Assembly (NCBI GenBank): GCA_000934665.2 | Contig: KZ538136.1 | Span: forward strand, 62,001 to 117,662 | Length of the DNA: 55,662 nucleotides | Direction: 5' to 3' | DNA from: Catajapyx aquilonaris | Taxonomy: Eukaryota | Shown: one piece after another, positions 1-15,337 of the stretch | Numbering within the stretch: the stretch's first letter is position 1 | Layout of the letters: each line of letters starts with the position of its first letter | Translations under genes and position numbers: made by a program | Notes under the pieces: model-generated | Seen by the model: only the letters and a program-made list of their open reading frames with translations | Databases searched by the model: none | What the model was told of the DNA's origin: nothing

Positions 1-3000
1 CGTGGGCTCGACGACGTGTGAACGAGAGGAAGCCATTCTCTCAGGTCGTTAGGCAGCCCCCAATTATTTCCACAGCTGGGAAAAATCGGCGTGCTGGGTA
101 CAAATACAAGTTCGACTTGCGTAGGGTGTGGAAAGTGTACAAGTGATGGGGCAAACCAAAAATCCGGCTCGCACACATATGGGCAGGGGAACCGGAGCGT
201 AACGATCTGGAGATTACCGCGCACAAACACCAGTTGGATAGTGGCGTTACCTGACGCTGTACATGGCAGTCGGAATAAACATGGAGTGGGTGAGGCTAAT
301 ATTGAGCGTTCCTCGTCGTCATGTACAGCGCTCAGAATCTCATAATGTTGGTAATGCGCTGACAAATTTCGTCGCAGCATAATTAGGGCTGGCTGATGCC
401 GAGCCACCATTGCCTACAGTACTGTATGTCACGCTATTCCTGTGATTTGTCCTCTGTACCGCCTTTTCCAGGCGTATATTGCTCCTGGCAGCGGATGCAG
501 AATTTGCAAACTAAAGTGTTAGTTCACCGAAAACGTGGCAGAAGCCCAGCACGCTGTGATACTCATCTGCATCCGATCTATAAGTCTAGGTACACAACTG
601 GCTACTAGTATGAAATTAGAATAGCTCCCATTCACTTATTTTCCAAAGTTAATATGTAGGCTATTGTTTTGTGCCAAGTGTTGAAAATGTGACTGCTTTA
701 TTATGCAAAATGCGGACATATCATTCGAATAACATTTCGATATTTTCGGAAAGAGAGAACAATGGTCCAAAACCAATCGCCAGTTGACAATTTTTTCCAC
801 GATAATACCAGTCCGATATGAAGTACAGTACATTCTACCTATATACTCCGATAGATTAAATTTCCAATGGCCTCACATTTCTTGCAATTGTGGTTTGGTT
901 AGCAGAGGTGGCGCAATTTGGAACTTTTAAAAAAATCCTAATAGAAAGTTTGTTCGCATGTGTTTGGAGAGATTGCTTTTCAAATAAATTGAATTAAAAA
1001 TTGCAACGAGGTTTTTACCCTCTCAAACTACGGCATTGCAAATTTCAAAATATTCACCAAAAATACTATGTTTTGTTCGGCATTATATTGTGCTTACAAC
1101 ATTCCATTTCATACGCGTTCATGTTTCGCAATAGAATTACCTTTACTGTATATAATACGGCCGGATGCTTGCAAGCTCCGCCTCGGTCTACTGTGTACAT
1201 TCCGGAAATTTTGGACCACTTTTCGGAAACTTTCCGCCCGTTCCCCGCCTAACCACTGTAAAACAAACCGAAAGACAAAATCTGGTTAGAATCTGCAGAC
1301 TTGGTCAGTTCAAACAAAAGAAGTGTTCCCCTGCTGGGTTTGGCCTCCCCACCATTGATTTCAGGCCAGATTCACACTCCAAATATGGGCAGCAGACTGG
1401 GCACCATAATGCAACACAAGGGAGCTTGAGGCACTCTACTGGGCAGAAGAACCACGTGTTCCCCCGCCCTCCTGCTCCCATCCTCCCCTTTTCCACCCTG
1501 CCCTCACTCTCCCTTCACCCTTCCACCCATCCATCCATCAGGAGAGAGACGCCTGAGTGCTCCCCTCCGCCTGTGCAAAGAAGCAACACTCCAGCTAACG
1601 AGGGTGCTGCCTGCCCATTGGCCAAATGGGAAGGCCTGCTCTCTACTCCACAAACCTCACGCAATTTATTACCTGCCTTCGGCTCAACTCGACCAAGAAA
1701 AACTTCCCAATTGGGAGGGATCTCATGGCGGGAATGTACAGCAAACCACAGTACTCCCTGCGAGATAGACTCTGTCCCGGTATGTGTTTTAAGTTTTAAC
1801 AACGGCGGGGGTTCGCCCAGGCTATTGATAGGCACATCATTATTTTGCGGCCCAGCACACTTTGCCAAATTTGTGAGCTGGAAAGTGTGAGACCAAACTT
1901 TCCCATCTCAACATTTGACGGAATCCGGCGGAAACTCTCCCTTGTTTCATTACGATACCATTTTCCCTCTTTTATGGGCTTCTGTTGCACCGCATTAACA
2001 TAGCCATCTTGGAAACTTCAAGTCGTTTTCCAAGTAGTTCTCTTGCCAGCCCCAACGCAGAGTTGGGCTGCAGGTGGTGCTTCCACCCGAATGGGTCCTA
2101 TAACTAATACTAACACTGCCTGCAGTCTGGAAACACGACTTGAAAATAACAGATCGCCACGATTGAGCCTTTCAATGGTGCCTTTTACTGCAATCTACGA
2201 TGCGTCCTGCATACACAACAACTCTTTGATCATTTTGACCACTTGATCAATGAAGAAAACGTATATCTGCAATAGCCAGTAACTGAGGTGTCAACCTCTC
2301 AGCTTATATGTCCTACTAGGCTTACGTCCAAAACAGGAAGGATAGAGGGCGCTTGGAAGACCCCGATAGCTCCCCGCGAGGACAAAGGAGTTTGGAGGGC
2401 AGAGGCGGGAGAAAATACGGTAGCCATTGAAGCCCGGCTTCGGACTACATTGCATGGCAATAGTGATAGTATTAGATGCTTCCAGGTGACGAATGTTTCA
2501 CCTCTTGAAAGACACCGCCGCGGAGGAGAAATGTCGGTGGCTATGTCTTTCCTCCATTCCCATCCTCTCGTCTTCCCTTTTTTTGGCTTCCTTACTATGG
2601 CGGAGACGAAGAGGAAAGAAGTGGGGCAGATCCTTGAGGCGAAACGCTGGCTGTTAGTCCTGAATGAAAGTGGCCAAGTGACTCTCAAGGCCACCTTCAC
2701 CAACCGAACCGAAGAGCCAGTAGTTGGTACTCACAACCACTGACGAAGAGGTCTCTGCCTTTTTTCCCCCATCATGTGGCTCTTCAGATAAGGCCACCTA
2801 ATTTCTGGCCTGGTTGAAACTGTCCAAAAGATGGATTTGCACAGGAATGGGCAAATTGTGGTATTTGCATGTATCGGCAATCGTGTTTACGGCGTTGGAC
2901 TGCGATTGCTACTGTAGATGTACTGCTATTTGCCGGGAAACCATCTGCACAAACAATAAAACAATAACACATGTATATTGTACGGTTAATTGTACTGTAA

Positions 3001-6000
3001 ACTTGGTGGATAAAGCCTAGGCAACAGGGAATTAACCGTTTCGATGTGCGGCACAAAATCAAACCTCACGGCATAATCCCACCCTCATCGCGGCGTTTGC
3101 GATTCAAAACGAAGTAAATGTCATCAAGACATGCCAATGCAAATGTTACAATTTTAATAACTGGATTACTAGCATTACTGTGATACTGATTAGCATCCCA
3201 TCACCAATGCATACCACAAACTACCGAAATAAATATTGTTAATTCCATTTTATTCGAACATTTCAACCAGAAACAGCGCTATTTACAGTTGGAGCGAATC
3301 GCCACCACGAAATGTGGCACGTTCCACGCTGGAATTATTTAACACGCAGCTTCAGTCGCAATGTGCAGAGTGTAAATAATTTGCACAACTATTTCCATAA
3401 TTTTGCATTCTGTGCACTGCAAGCTGCACTGATAGCAATCATTAGCCAACACCGGCTTTAATTTTTTATATACATCCATTGATGAATGATGCGTACGGCA
3501 TAATACACCACAACCTTAGGTCCACACGGGCAGTATTCGTGTCGCCTAAGGCCTATGAAACCCAACCGTTGCCCTGTGCAAATGAAAACAGGTGTGGCAG
3601 GACATGCAAAGTAGTCAAAAGGCGACCAACTCTTTGCTATTCCACCGTTGGACCCAGCAGCCAGCCCTTTTAATTGGACTCTTAAATCCGGCTGCAATTT
3701 ACAGTTAAGAAAAGGCTCCGTCGGACCCCCCCGACTTTTCCGTTTTCACTGCTGCGCAAAGTAGGCAGAGAATGGCTGCAGGTGCTGCTTGCCAAGCTCC
3801 CCTTCCATTTCCAGTCTGTATAGTCTTAATGGAGCGTTAACAACCGACAACAGACAATTGGAACCATCTTGAGATTCAATTAACTTCTTTTTCAGCCACG
3901 CCACCGGTAGGGGGCTTCCGGACTTTGCTAGTCATTGGCAAAGGAAGGAGGGGTGGGGTGGGGGTAGGGGGAGAAGAAGGGGCAGCGTAGAAGGGAGCGA
4001 AATTTTACTTCGCCTTGAGAAAAGCCTTGCCGTCGATAACGTTCAAGCCTATTACTGTTACGATTGCATTTATTACGCTTCAGGTGCTCTTAATCGCCAG
4101 TCTGGAAGCAATTGGAATTGGGATTCAGATTATTGGAAGACACTGGAAAGTTTGTTCCAAACCTCTGAAAGTCAAAAGGCAGCAGGCTGGTACATTTTCT
4201 TGGAAATAATGCGATTTTGCTGGCTGAATAAATTCTAGCTACACTAAAGTCCTCCTTCCAAAAACTCTGGTCTCAAATTTGCATCTACGGCCACTATCGT
4301 TCTGGTTGTCACATGTATGACTACAAGGAATTGAACGGTAAATGATTTAGCCAACCGTATAGATGGGTCCGAAAAAAGAGCCGGCGCAGCATGTCCTTTA
4401 ATACTTGATGGCCCAATTCCCCTATGCTTTTGTTCAAGTCATGTGAAGCCTCTTGGCCCAAATGCCTACTGGCGCCCACTGCGGACTATTTTCCGGGCTC
4501 GGGGAAAAACAAGGCTGGGGCTTGCAATCCGAAATGAGTCCCCGTAGCTCACTAGTATCAGAGAGACAGCCTATCTCTAGTGGATCCGAGAAAAGAAGGA
4601 GACTGAAGACCCTAGGAAAAAAAGGAGGGGAAAAAAAGAGCCTAGTTTAAGGTAGCGGATATCATCAAGTCCCGGCTCTCATCTTCGCAGATAGTTTTGT
4701 TCCTCAATGTTCCCGATAGGAGATGAACGGCATCACACTCGCAAGTTGAGAAGTCATCTGAAAAAAAAGTGTGGTGTTTTCCAGTCTCTGCAAAATACTG
4801 CTGACCTTTCCAAAACAGGGCTCTTTCTGTGCAAATTTGGGGCTCCAAACTGGTCTGGATTTATATTGACTCGAATTCCATGCTTTTTACCCCCTGAGTT
4901 CCCCAGCACTTTTCGGCGCCTTTACAATGTTGATATCTAGCGAATGTCACTTGGTATGATCTAGATAATTTTTCTTCCAGTCTACGCTGCTGCTGTTTTT
5001 TGGCGCTCTTTTCCACCCAACGTTTTTTTTTTACTCTGCAACATCGATTTTCCTGAGGTACGTACGGTACACCAAAAGCCATCTCATTTTTCAACGATTT
5101 CGTCAGCGTTATAAGCCTGATGGCATATGACTCTGTATTTTCAAAATCATAGCATGCACAGACTGTTATGGGGAAAAATGAAATATGCGAAAAATATGTT
5201 GTACATGTTATATTGCAACGTCAATGGTGCAACAACAGTGTGTGCCTCTGGCATCATGTCAGTTATTTCAAAAATCACGTGCACAGAGATGGCTAAAAAA
5301 TATTCTCTAGTGTACACTTTATTGCATTGGCTTTTTACCACCACTGGAAAAAATTGGGGCCCTCCTTTATTTCCCATCAGGATAGAAAATACGAGCTCGT
5401 ATGCACTTTCATAACAACTCTTCCTCAATTGGATTTCGTCGGAAAGCGATTGCCGAAACAGATTTTGTCGAACGGCGCCGGTTACATCCCTAATTTTGCA
5501 AGTCTTGAGGGGAATTAGCCGCACTTTGCTGCTCTTTTTATTTCCAAAGGAATAATCAAACTAAAATTCGCCCACTTTCAGTTTCGTCGTATTCCTGTTC
5601 CAGTTTGAACATTCTCATCCGATTTTTTTTTCTAGAACCCGTTGCAAGACGAGAAGTTAGGCGCATAAGTCAGCAAGACGAGGCGCTATTCCTTCATTAG
5701 AACTTGAGCTAAGTCAACTATTTATGCGCGTCTTGGCGAGATCCGGGGACTGGAGGGATTATTGCTTCCTATTTTCAAGCTCCACCCAAGCCAATCTTCT
5801 CACCCACGCTTCTCGCTTGATGTGTCTCATCTCGTTACTTGCCAACAGCCTACTGTTCTCCTTGAAAACACCCAAAGCCAAACAGATGATAAATGATTCT
5901 GGCATTTTAATCGATTGATGAATCCGCGACGGTTGGTGGATGCCGCCGCTCCTCAGATCAGCTTCCCAAATTGGTCCAAACTTTTTTGTATATTTTTTTT

Positions 6001-9000
6001 CTCTTTACACAAAAATTTCCAACCCTCCTTGCAATCGTAAGCTCGACACTGCAAGCCCCCCCCCCCCCTCCGAAACTTTTGAGTCGTATATTCTGCGGTT
6101 TTGATTAAAGGATCCTATTCAGTCGTCATTACTGTAGTTGCGGCGACTCTAGTTTGAAGCACTTTTGATAGAAGAAGATTAAACAGCAACTCCGGAGTCA
6201 AACCGTAAGCCATCACTCGCTACAATTTCATACCATGTCCCAAATCTGAGCAAACACTTTTTTAGAGGGCTTGACTTCCCTCCCTGCCGCCCTTTCCTCT
6301 TCAATATGAATGCAGCGGCAAAGTAGGTATTCCCGATGGCAATCTGACTTGAAGCCCAGGGAATTAACGGCCTCGGCCCCGAGATATCGAAAGTTCCAGC
6401 CGGCAGCCGCAAAACCGTGTAGACTCCCGTCTGGGTTAATTACCGTCAACGCTTCCTGACACTCTCTTAGCTGATCCCCGCTAATTCCTCAAGCTTGATT
6501 ACTGAGAGCTCGCTAACGAAGTCATACAAATCAATATCCCGTGTAAACACGTCGGTGAGGATGCAATGAAACAAGCCCCAGGCCGATTCCCTCCTTCGCA
6601 ACCCCATACGCCTCACTAGATAACACTGATTTAACCTCCTGTTTAATCTCCTGCTTAAATCAACCCGCTGCCTCCGTCTAGACTTTTTCGCTTCAACAAT
6701 TTTGGAGCAACATTACATCAGTGTGAGGAGTGCACTTCTACTTATGTATATATCGGTACTTTGGGTGGTTAAATCTATTTCGTACCGGGAGTGTCTTAAG
6801 AAAACCTGGATAGAAAACATCATAATTGTAATAGTCTGGATTATTTGCTCAGCTGCAGGGTTACCAGTTGCTGGATCTGACAGCTGGGACGTTATCAACA
6901 TTTTCGGCTCCTCCAGGTCATGCACGACCATCTGATGTCCACACGCTACCGCATGTTATCATCTCGGATTAATTTCAGTGTTCATGGGACGAATTAATAA
7001 CCAAATCTGGTCTCAGAACCTATAGCGTGTGGACTAACTGGAGGTTAGGAAAATATTGAGTCTGTGCATCTGGAAGGGGAGGAGGTTTGCTTTTTTCTGC
7101 AAGAGATATTCTGGTCATTCAAGGTAAAGTCAATCGACGTGAAAATGAATAGTGACGTCTAGAAAGGAAGCATTGTGTTACCAGTATTGCACGATTTGTC
7201 CATAAAATTATTTTCACATGGGCCGAAAATAATTAATACCACATGATGTAGCATGAACGCCGCACATTTTCACGCTTTGTGCCAATAAATGTACATTGAC
7301 TTTTGAGCGGTTAAATCTGGTAATGCAATACAAACTCGCCATTCACCTGACCCACACTATTAAACACACATTTAAACACAGTCTGCTAACAAAAATATTG
7401 ATAATAAATTACACATTGTATAATTAAATTACAAAAGGCCAAGCTGCTATTATATCCACAGTATTTACATAATAATGATGAAAATAAATATTATTGCAAT
7501 TATTTTCTGTTGCTTATGCAAATAACAAAATAATTTGGTGGATGCTCGGAGCTCTACAGTGATGAATTCTAAAAGACTACAGTTTTTAGTACCAGTGTGT
7601 AATCGAATCTCACCATCAATCACATTCATGCGCCACGCTCGGTTAGGGAAAATCTATCATGGTGAGCAAAACCGGATGCAAATCAAAACGAAGACAGTTC
7701 TAACTTTGGCAACAGCATGTTCGCAAGACCTTCAGGCAAGGAATACGTTATCATGTATTACAACAGTAGATACTGACACCGGAAAACTCTACCTAAAGTC
7801 AAGTTAGGCACTCTCATCTGAATCACAAGTCCAGGACCGATTTACTGCATGAGTAGGTTGTCTAAGGCTTTTTCAAATTATTCTGTGTTAATAATTTGTC
7901 ACCATATTTCCTTAAAGATTAATACCGTAATATTACGCCATCTAAAGTAATATCTCCGCTTATGAGAAGCGGAAGTGTGACCTGAAATATAACATAGTTA
8001 CTGTGGTGCATTATAAGTTAGGCGCTGCACTGGAACGGTGATCCACGTGAATCCGACCGTAAATTCGTCTCCTTCTTTCAGTGGCTAATTTAACATTTAA
8101 AAATATGCCCCGCTAATGGACTGCGGTCCCTCTAATGGAGTACAAAAAATTTGAATGAAGTGCCCAGCGCAGGTGACCTTAGTGGGCAAGTGCGTGCGAT
8201 AGCGTACCTTCCACAGAACCAATGGGCAAGACCAACCATACAGCCAACTGTAACTATAACCCAAACCTTGCTGTGCCCAAGTTCCGAATCAGTAGTTTTA
8301 GACTCGAGCGCTGGCTGCTCCATAAGCCTTAAAACCGCTTCGTACAGTACCGGAACGCCGGCAATGCCCATCAACGTTCACATCGAGTCACCTGCGCCTG
8401 GTTTTCTCCCCCACCATCACCTCCCCCACCACCTCCCCGTTTTCATTCCACATCCATGGACGCACATACACACACATACCCCGCCCACCAATCCCCCAAC
8501 ACCCAATCCTCCCCTGCAGCAGTCCAGAAAATAACTACACCACAAAGCCCACACCCCGGCCTCAACAAGGTATTTTTGAACGCTACTCCGGACACTCTCT
8601 GGACGAGGGTAACTCATATGGTCAGCGGTGGTCACCAGTAGACAGGTCGTCACCATTTGAAAGGATTTAGGCCACTGATACGCAGGCCCGCCAAAAATTG
8701 ATCCTAAGAGCCCATTTTTTTTTTGTGCTCGAGTGTTGTGTGTGCCAGCAGGCAACGCTGCAATGCAGTTTCTCGTCCAATGGGCACCCTTCCCGCCAAA
8801 AGAACTCAGCCGCACACTGGCCCGACTGCTGATGACCAAATGTTGCCGCTATTTCAACCGTCAGCCCCTTTCGCGCCGCACTTATTCAATCGCCTCCATT
8901 GATTACGTCTCAAGGCCCTTTTCCAGATACACTGCTTGATAAATTTCTGCAGAATACTCATGGCTCATAAAACACCTCCTGAAATCCACTCCCAAGGCGA

Positions 9001-12000
9001 TATTTTCGCACTGATGCATAATGCCTCCGGACTAATGAGATACAACGATGGTCCGTGACGGGAGTTCCGGATAACTTTCCCCGGAATCATGCACGGAGCT
9101 CGGAAACGTGCTAAGAGGGAGCTCTCTCTCTCACCCTTAGTATAAATTTCTTGCGTGGACTAGTTCCGGTCTTCCTCATTTTCCCAGAGCTCATCCCGTG
9201 CTCATTGTGCTAATGTCACTGGGATATGGCCCAGGGAGAGAAAGATTAAGTAATGTCAGAGTGTGCGGGTGCGATACAGAAGAGAAGGAAAAAGAGAGAG
9301 AGAGAGAAAAAAATGTCTGGTCCGCCTCGTTATTTTTCATTATTGCCCATTGTTTCAAATTGATTTAAACGACAGTGGTACAGGTCCTTTTCTCGTAATA
9401 CAAGATGACGGGGGGTTGGATTACTTCTGTATCATTTTGGGAACGTAGATTATTTATGTCGTCATTTCAAGCGCATTCTTCTCTTCCGGAGAGGCGCAAG
9501 TAGCAGAAAAACAGGGCGCTCTTCCGTTTCATTAAGCACAATCATTCATCGTATGTGAGAATTTCCTCCTTTCTCCACTTAGCCTTTTTTTCGCCTCGGC
9601 TAGGGGATATAAAAAGTGCCCTTTTCCAGCAAAAGTGTTTTCGTGAATTTATTATCATGGCCCGCTACTCTCTTCCCGGACTAATATACTATTTATTCAG
9701 TGACGCTCCTCTTCCTTCTCTCTTCATTTCAAAGTCCTTAAGCTCGCAATATTTCAGTTCAGCGCATTTCTTATTTACAGTGTAATAATTTAATTTCTTC
9801 TGCGACTTTACACGGAGCACAAAATTTTCTGGAGTGGATGGCATTAATAAAGACCTCCTCACTATGGACTGGAAGTATAGCGCAGATTAGAATGCTATAG
9901 TTAATATTGAAACAGGCTTCCTTGGTGCCATTCCGGATCTCCCTGTTTATAGACAATTCCAATGATATAAATATTCAATTATGCAAATTGCATCAGGCCC
10001 GTTTACTCTGCCCTGCTATCAATTTTAATGGTATGTACTGTGCGTGTTTTCACCGTCGCCTTAAAATCCAATACTTTGTACCCGTCTCCTCAATTCTAGG
10101 ATCTTTGCATTTCAGAGAAAAGTCCACCGTGAACTGAATGACCTCGGGTTTCAGGCTTTTTTTTCTTCTTTCTTTCTTTCTTCTTCTTCTTCTCTCCTGC
10201 AACACTGATATACTACACCAGCAACGAATTTCAATCCTAAACTCCTCCTTTTGTCGAGGGTGGTTTTCTAAGGCAATGGAGCGCAAAAACCCACACAACA
10301 GCTGTGGCAGACCCTGCAAACTCTCACATTTAATACATATTTCACTGCAGGGGAGAAGCCAAACACGAGGACTGAAGTGTAAGTTGAAGTAAAAGCAGCT
10401 CTCGGCAGGCTCAGCAAACGTTTGGTGCCCCGGGCATTAAAATTCTACCGCGATGAAAAGTGTGGGAGAGGACATTTGCACCACAAAAATGATGGCCATG
10501 CCATTGCACAAATTAGAATATTGAGACGCGATCAGTATCATTATACGTTTTCTATCGGGTAAATAGCAAAGCTCTCGACGTCCATCTTTGTAGAGTGAGT
10601 GATTGGAAAAAGCCATCAAATTCCCCTGAAATGAAGACGGACTCGTCCTTTCTTTCAGTTTGGCATGGTTGGGGGTTCAGGGGCGTAGGCACTGCGACGA
10701 GATTGCGATTCTTCTTTCCCGTCACGCTAGTTCGCTTCTTCATCAGTTACAGGATTCGATTCTTAGTTTGTCCTTCGGCTTACTTATCAGAAACTGTTGA
10801 TTGGACCATTTTTCCTACACGACATGAAGACAAGTGCGAATTTGGACTAAGCGATGTAGTGTGCGGGTCGTCACTTTTGACTGTTAGTGCAAAATAGAAT
10901 TCCAAGGAGATTCCATGGCGAGAAAAGAATTGGCATATACAGACATTTTGTGCAAAATTTTATTTATATATGGTGTCGGAAAGATACGTTGATGCGGCTT
11001 GTGTACTTAGAACGAACTGTACCACTGGTATATGATATAGACAACATCGGTTGTTCATTGTTGGCGGTAATAATAGCCTACACATAACAATAACAGTGGA
11101 ATATTTAGGTTAAGAATTTACCTTGCGCGGTGCAACCGGGCTTTGGATTCCGTTTGCACAAAAATTCATGCAGAGAAGAGATAGAGAAAGCCACACACAT
11201 TGTACATGCACATAACTGTTTCACGAACTGTGTTAGGTGCAATGAAAAATGTAACAAAGCAACGATAAAAATAGTATTTCCGCTATCTATAGCATTTTCA
11301 GCAAATTATTAAAATTCACCGTCCATTTTAAAATGTAGCAAATACATTTTGACGTACATTTTACTGCAATAATCTCACATTATGACAACTTTTGTCCTGC
11401 AAGCATAAAATGTAACATGATGACCTATGAATCACCATAATAAAATTAAAGCGAAAACAATGCTACCTCTCACACAGCAGCATTTTAAACATTCAAAGAG
11501 AAAAAAAACCGCGCTTATGAGCGAGGCCAGCAAGCTTACCACTGCGGCGTGGCCAGTAAAAGTAACATCATGAACCGCGGTACATATTGCGTTATGTTTA
11601 TATAAATATTTAGAAAGCCCCTGGTTGTTTCCATTTCGCCTTACCGCGTATAAATTAGGTACACTTTGAATTTGGAGCAAATATTTGCACACCACCTAAA
11701 AATGGTCAACTCTCTCCTGCTGAATTATGCACAAGAGCTGCTTAATAAGGCAAAAGGCACTCTGGTCCCCGCAGCCAATTGTCCATTTCCATGCTTAGGG
11801 AAACGGCCGCCCCTCCTGAGACGGAATCAAGCGTGGCAGCTTTACTGCGCACTAAAAAACCTTAATGAATTTCACGACGGGCCCACACTTGTGTGTCCTG
11901 AGGTAGGATGCCATTAGCCCTCTGTATATGGTTCCTCCTAGAGCACCCATACGCACACACGTGCCGCGATGTTAATCACCAAGGTACAGTATCACTTTGT

Positions 12001-13099
12001 GCAGTGTAGCCAGGAGGCTTCGGCCAAGCCTTGGATTACAGTGTCATGGTAACTGAACACTCAGGTTGGCTGTATCAGCCAGAATTTGAGATAATACCGG
12101 GGTCAAAGTGCGGGTGAACATTCATGGTGATTACTACCCCCTTCCCTTTGGTTATCTCATTACAATTAAGTAGTCATCCGCCTATGTTCATTAAAATTGC
12201 ACGCTGCATGTATCTCCTGCATATCACATAGGTGCTTGCATTTTCAGGACAAACCCCTCAGGCAGCGATACATGCAAGGCACTAATTATTTACATTATAC
12301 CAATTTACTCTAAAAACGTGCTGAGAGGCCCGCCCAATGCTGGTGGTATGGTAGGAGCAGGGATGGTGACAGAGAGCGGAAGGTGCGGAACGGTAAGTGG
12401 GTTGCGGAATTTTTATTTTGGATCGCCTGTGAAAAAGTTTGGGAAGTGCTGCCCTCAGGTCACATGAGCTGAGTGGGCTCATCACATATCATTTTTTGCT
12501 GCATGGGATGGTCAGACTAGGCTCATATGATCAATAGGGGGAGGGGGTGGAGTTAGTTCAATTACAGAATAATATGGTCATAAATAAATGGCCGATGTCT
12601 GGGACGATCTCCCACCTTTGAATGTCCTCAGCAAAAAAATTAACTCATGAAAGGCATTAAAGCTACTTATAAAGCTTGACGTGTATGCGTTTTTATGCCC
12701 AAAATTTATAATTGGCTTCCAAGAGTTCTCTAAAACTAAAATGCTTACAGACAATCGCATAAACTGAAATATCAAAGAGGCCAACATCAGTTTATATCCA
12801 TACCAACTCTTGTCAGGAATCACTAACAATTGTTTAGCCTGTGTTTTAAAGTTTCCGCCAACAACGTAAACTCCCTAATTACGTAGACAATTCACCCTTT
12901 ATCAGAAAATATTCCTCTCATTTTGTAAGGAATTCACATGTTCTAACTTAATGATACGGAGAACTGCATTAAAGCCGGTAAGCATCTAAACAGTTTTGTG
13001 TAAACGTGATTGGCTGAATAGGCCTATGTCCCATCGAAACGACAATACAGTACCTACATTTCAGTAGTTTTCAGCTACACAGTGTACAGGGGCCATATA

Positions 13100-13580
13100 G
13101 ACAGTACGTTGGGGAACTATGACATCTTTATTAGCACGGTATGGCAGGGATCCCTCATATCCATAGAAAGGAGCAGGGCAACAAAAACAATAAGGGTGCC
13201 TATAAAACATCATCATGACTGTGATGACAGTGAATCTATCCTCCCACATGAATTCCGACAGAATCAGGACCAGCATCTCGAACAGCAATCCACGACTTGC
13301 ACCTGTTTACGTTTGTCCCGTTTCAGTGTTATGAGCGATTCTGCACGTCAGCTGGTATGACGAGAACAGGGAACATGCTACCAAAAACAAAGCATCAGTG
13401 ACGTAGACAATTATGGTGATGGCATGGGCGGACATCATGATTAATGGAAGAACACCGCTGCATATCTTCGCAAAAGGGTCGGTCAAGGGAGAACGGTCTG
13501 TGTTGAGAATCTGAACGGTCATGTTCGTCTTTTGTAATGTGTCCGGACATTGCGTTCATGGATGACAATGTCCATTGCTT
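13100..13580 (+). pseudogene. Degenerate Tc1-family transposase fragment
   Basis: Translation across frameshifts gives SRFSVMSDSARQLV*REQGTCY...DNYG / VMAWADIMINGRTPLHIFAKGSV / HVRL / PDIAFMDDN. This follows the Tc1 DDE motif order (DESRF..VWR..YGG.VMVWAGI..GRT.L..FMDDNA). It has stops and frameshifts, and the 5' limit is approximate. Confidence 0.85.
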
Positions 13581-14104
13581 TTCCTGGACCAGTGTCCACC
13601 AATAGTAATGGCAAATATCACTGCTCCCTATAGTAATTGTCAATCAGCGTATTAATAAATTGTTACAATAAATAAATTATTATTTTGCATAAATACTACT
13701 ACAACACCAGATGGAAAATACCGCAGAACAATTTCATCAGTCCTTGGAGCTAAATTGTCTTATTTTTATGTCACATCCTTATGACCTCGCTCAAACCTCA
13801 CCATGATCTGGCAGGCACTACTACTCTCTGTCAATAAGTTTTGAGAAATAGAGCGAAAGTTTCGCAGCACCCTGTTAAACTGAAAATAAATTGGATCAGC
13901 AATTACGTTGGAGCCAGGAGAAACGGTCAGGCTGGAGGACATTGCGCAGTGACCACCCGATGAAAGACTTGGCTCTCGTAGATTAGTCATTGGGCACGAA
14001 TTTTTAATCAAGTCTGGGACTAGGCCTACCGACCCGGAACCGTACTTGCCAGAACCGGGTGAGGAAGTCGTGGGGGGGAGGGGGGGGGGGATTTCTACCA
14101 AGCG

Positions 14105-14197
14105 AAAAGTCTGCGGGCTCGAGGATCGAACTCCCGACCTACCGTATCCGCTGACAGGCGAGCAGCTTAACTCGGGACTGCACTAACCGGTAGCTCC
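14105..14197 (-). mobile_element. tRNA-like head of a probable SINE; 3' extent unclear
   Basis: The minus strand has an A-box-like segment followed by a B-box/T-arm-like GGGAGTTCGATCCTC. No proper acceptor stem or TSD was found. Confidence 0.45.
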
Positions 14198-14990
14198 TAT
14201 TGATTGCCCTTTTAAGTAGACCTTGCTCTGGTCATCGGCCAGATTTCTGTTAATGATGCTCTGCTAACTCAATATAGCTGACCAAAGTTGCGGTGCATGT
14301 TATAACGCCAGTACTGAAAAAAAGCGTTGGCTCATTTGAGGTATTGCCGCGTGTCTTCCCAGAATTGAACTGGTTCGGAAAAGTTTTCGAATCCTGATGG
14401 GAAAATTAAATTTGGAAAAGCAGCAACAAAGTTTAAATTAATATATTTCAGAAATTTCAAATTCAAAACTCGCTTGGTGTGTAATACAAGCAGCATGCAG
14501 CATGCGGTTATTCAGAAACTATAGGTACACGTTGTCTTCTTCGCTGGAAAAAAAGTCGAAGGTAGACTATAACGGGTATTTTATAAGTAATATTTTCGAG
14601 ACTTTTCAGTGTACTAAATTGTTACACTTTGGTCCCATGAAGTCAGCTCGATTAATTTATATAGTAGTTCAGTGAATATTTTAAACTATATGTTGTAAAC
14701 ATCATAACCACCTAACTATTTACGCCGTTACAGGTTACAATTATGGTAATTTGCAATAGGGTTAATAAATGAATGTTAACAGAGGTAGCAACAAAATCAG
14801 TTCTGTAGGCGTTGTAATATTACTCTTTTTATACAGATGTCCAATTAAAATGACAACAGTTAACGGAAGCCGGTGGGATAATTTGAAACTGCTTATAAGT
14901 TACATACCTGCAACTGATATCAATTATATTTGAATTATCTTGCACTGCAGCTGACATTTTACGGATCCTTGCCACTAGCACAAATTAATA

Positions 14991-15337
14991 CAGGGTGTTC
15001 TATTGAAATAATATTAGTGATTTTTTGGCACTAATGCTTGTTTTGAACAACTCTCAAAGATTATTTTCGAATTGCAATGAATTTCCGATTGGGAATGACC
15101 AATTGTAACAATTGGCATTAACTATATACATGTATGTATGTATATGTATGTATGTACAACTATGTATAAGAGAACCCTCCTTGGAAGCTTAAAAAGAACG
15201 AGTCTATGAAATATAATATTACCCGCTAATACTTTTGATAAATACTAAAAGAAACTGCTTAAAAAATGAACAGTTCAATGCAAAAAAATAATAATTTCTA
15301 ACGACTATAATACCATTTCAATTATTGGAACACCCAG
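14991..15337. mobile_element. Old Tc1/mariner-type MITE
   Basis: Imperfect TIRs TA|CAGGGTGTTC...GAACACCCAG. Subterminal motifs (GGCACTAA.., AACTGCTTAAAAA) are shared with the elements at 22062, 27195 and 49691. Confidence 0.55.

Noticed and set aside
1165..1890. 241-aa ORF
   Set aside because: Non-ATG start. It runs through a C/T-rich tract that lacks stops by composition, and no domain is recognisable.
12146..12157. miR-9-like CTTTGGTTATCT
   Set aside because: Only a 12-nt match, with no precursor hairpin.
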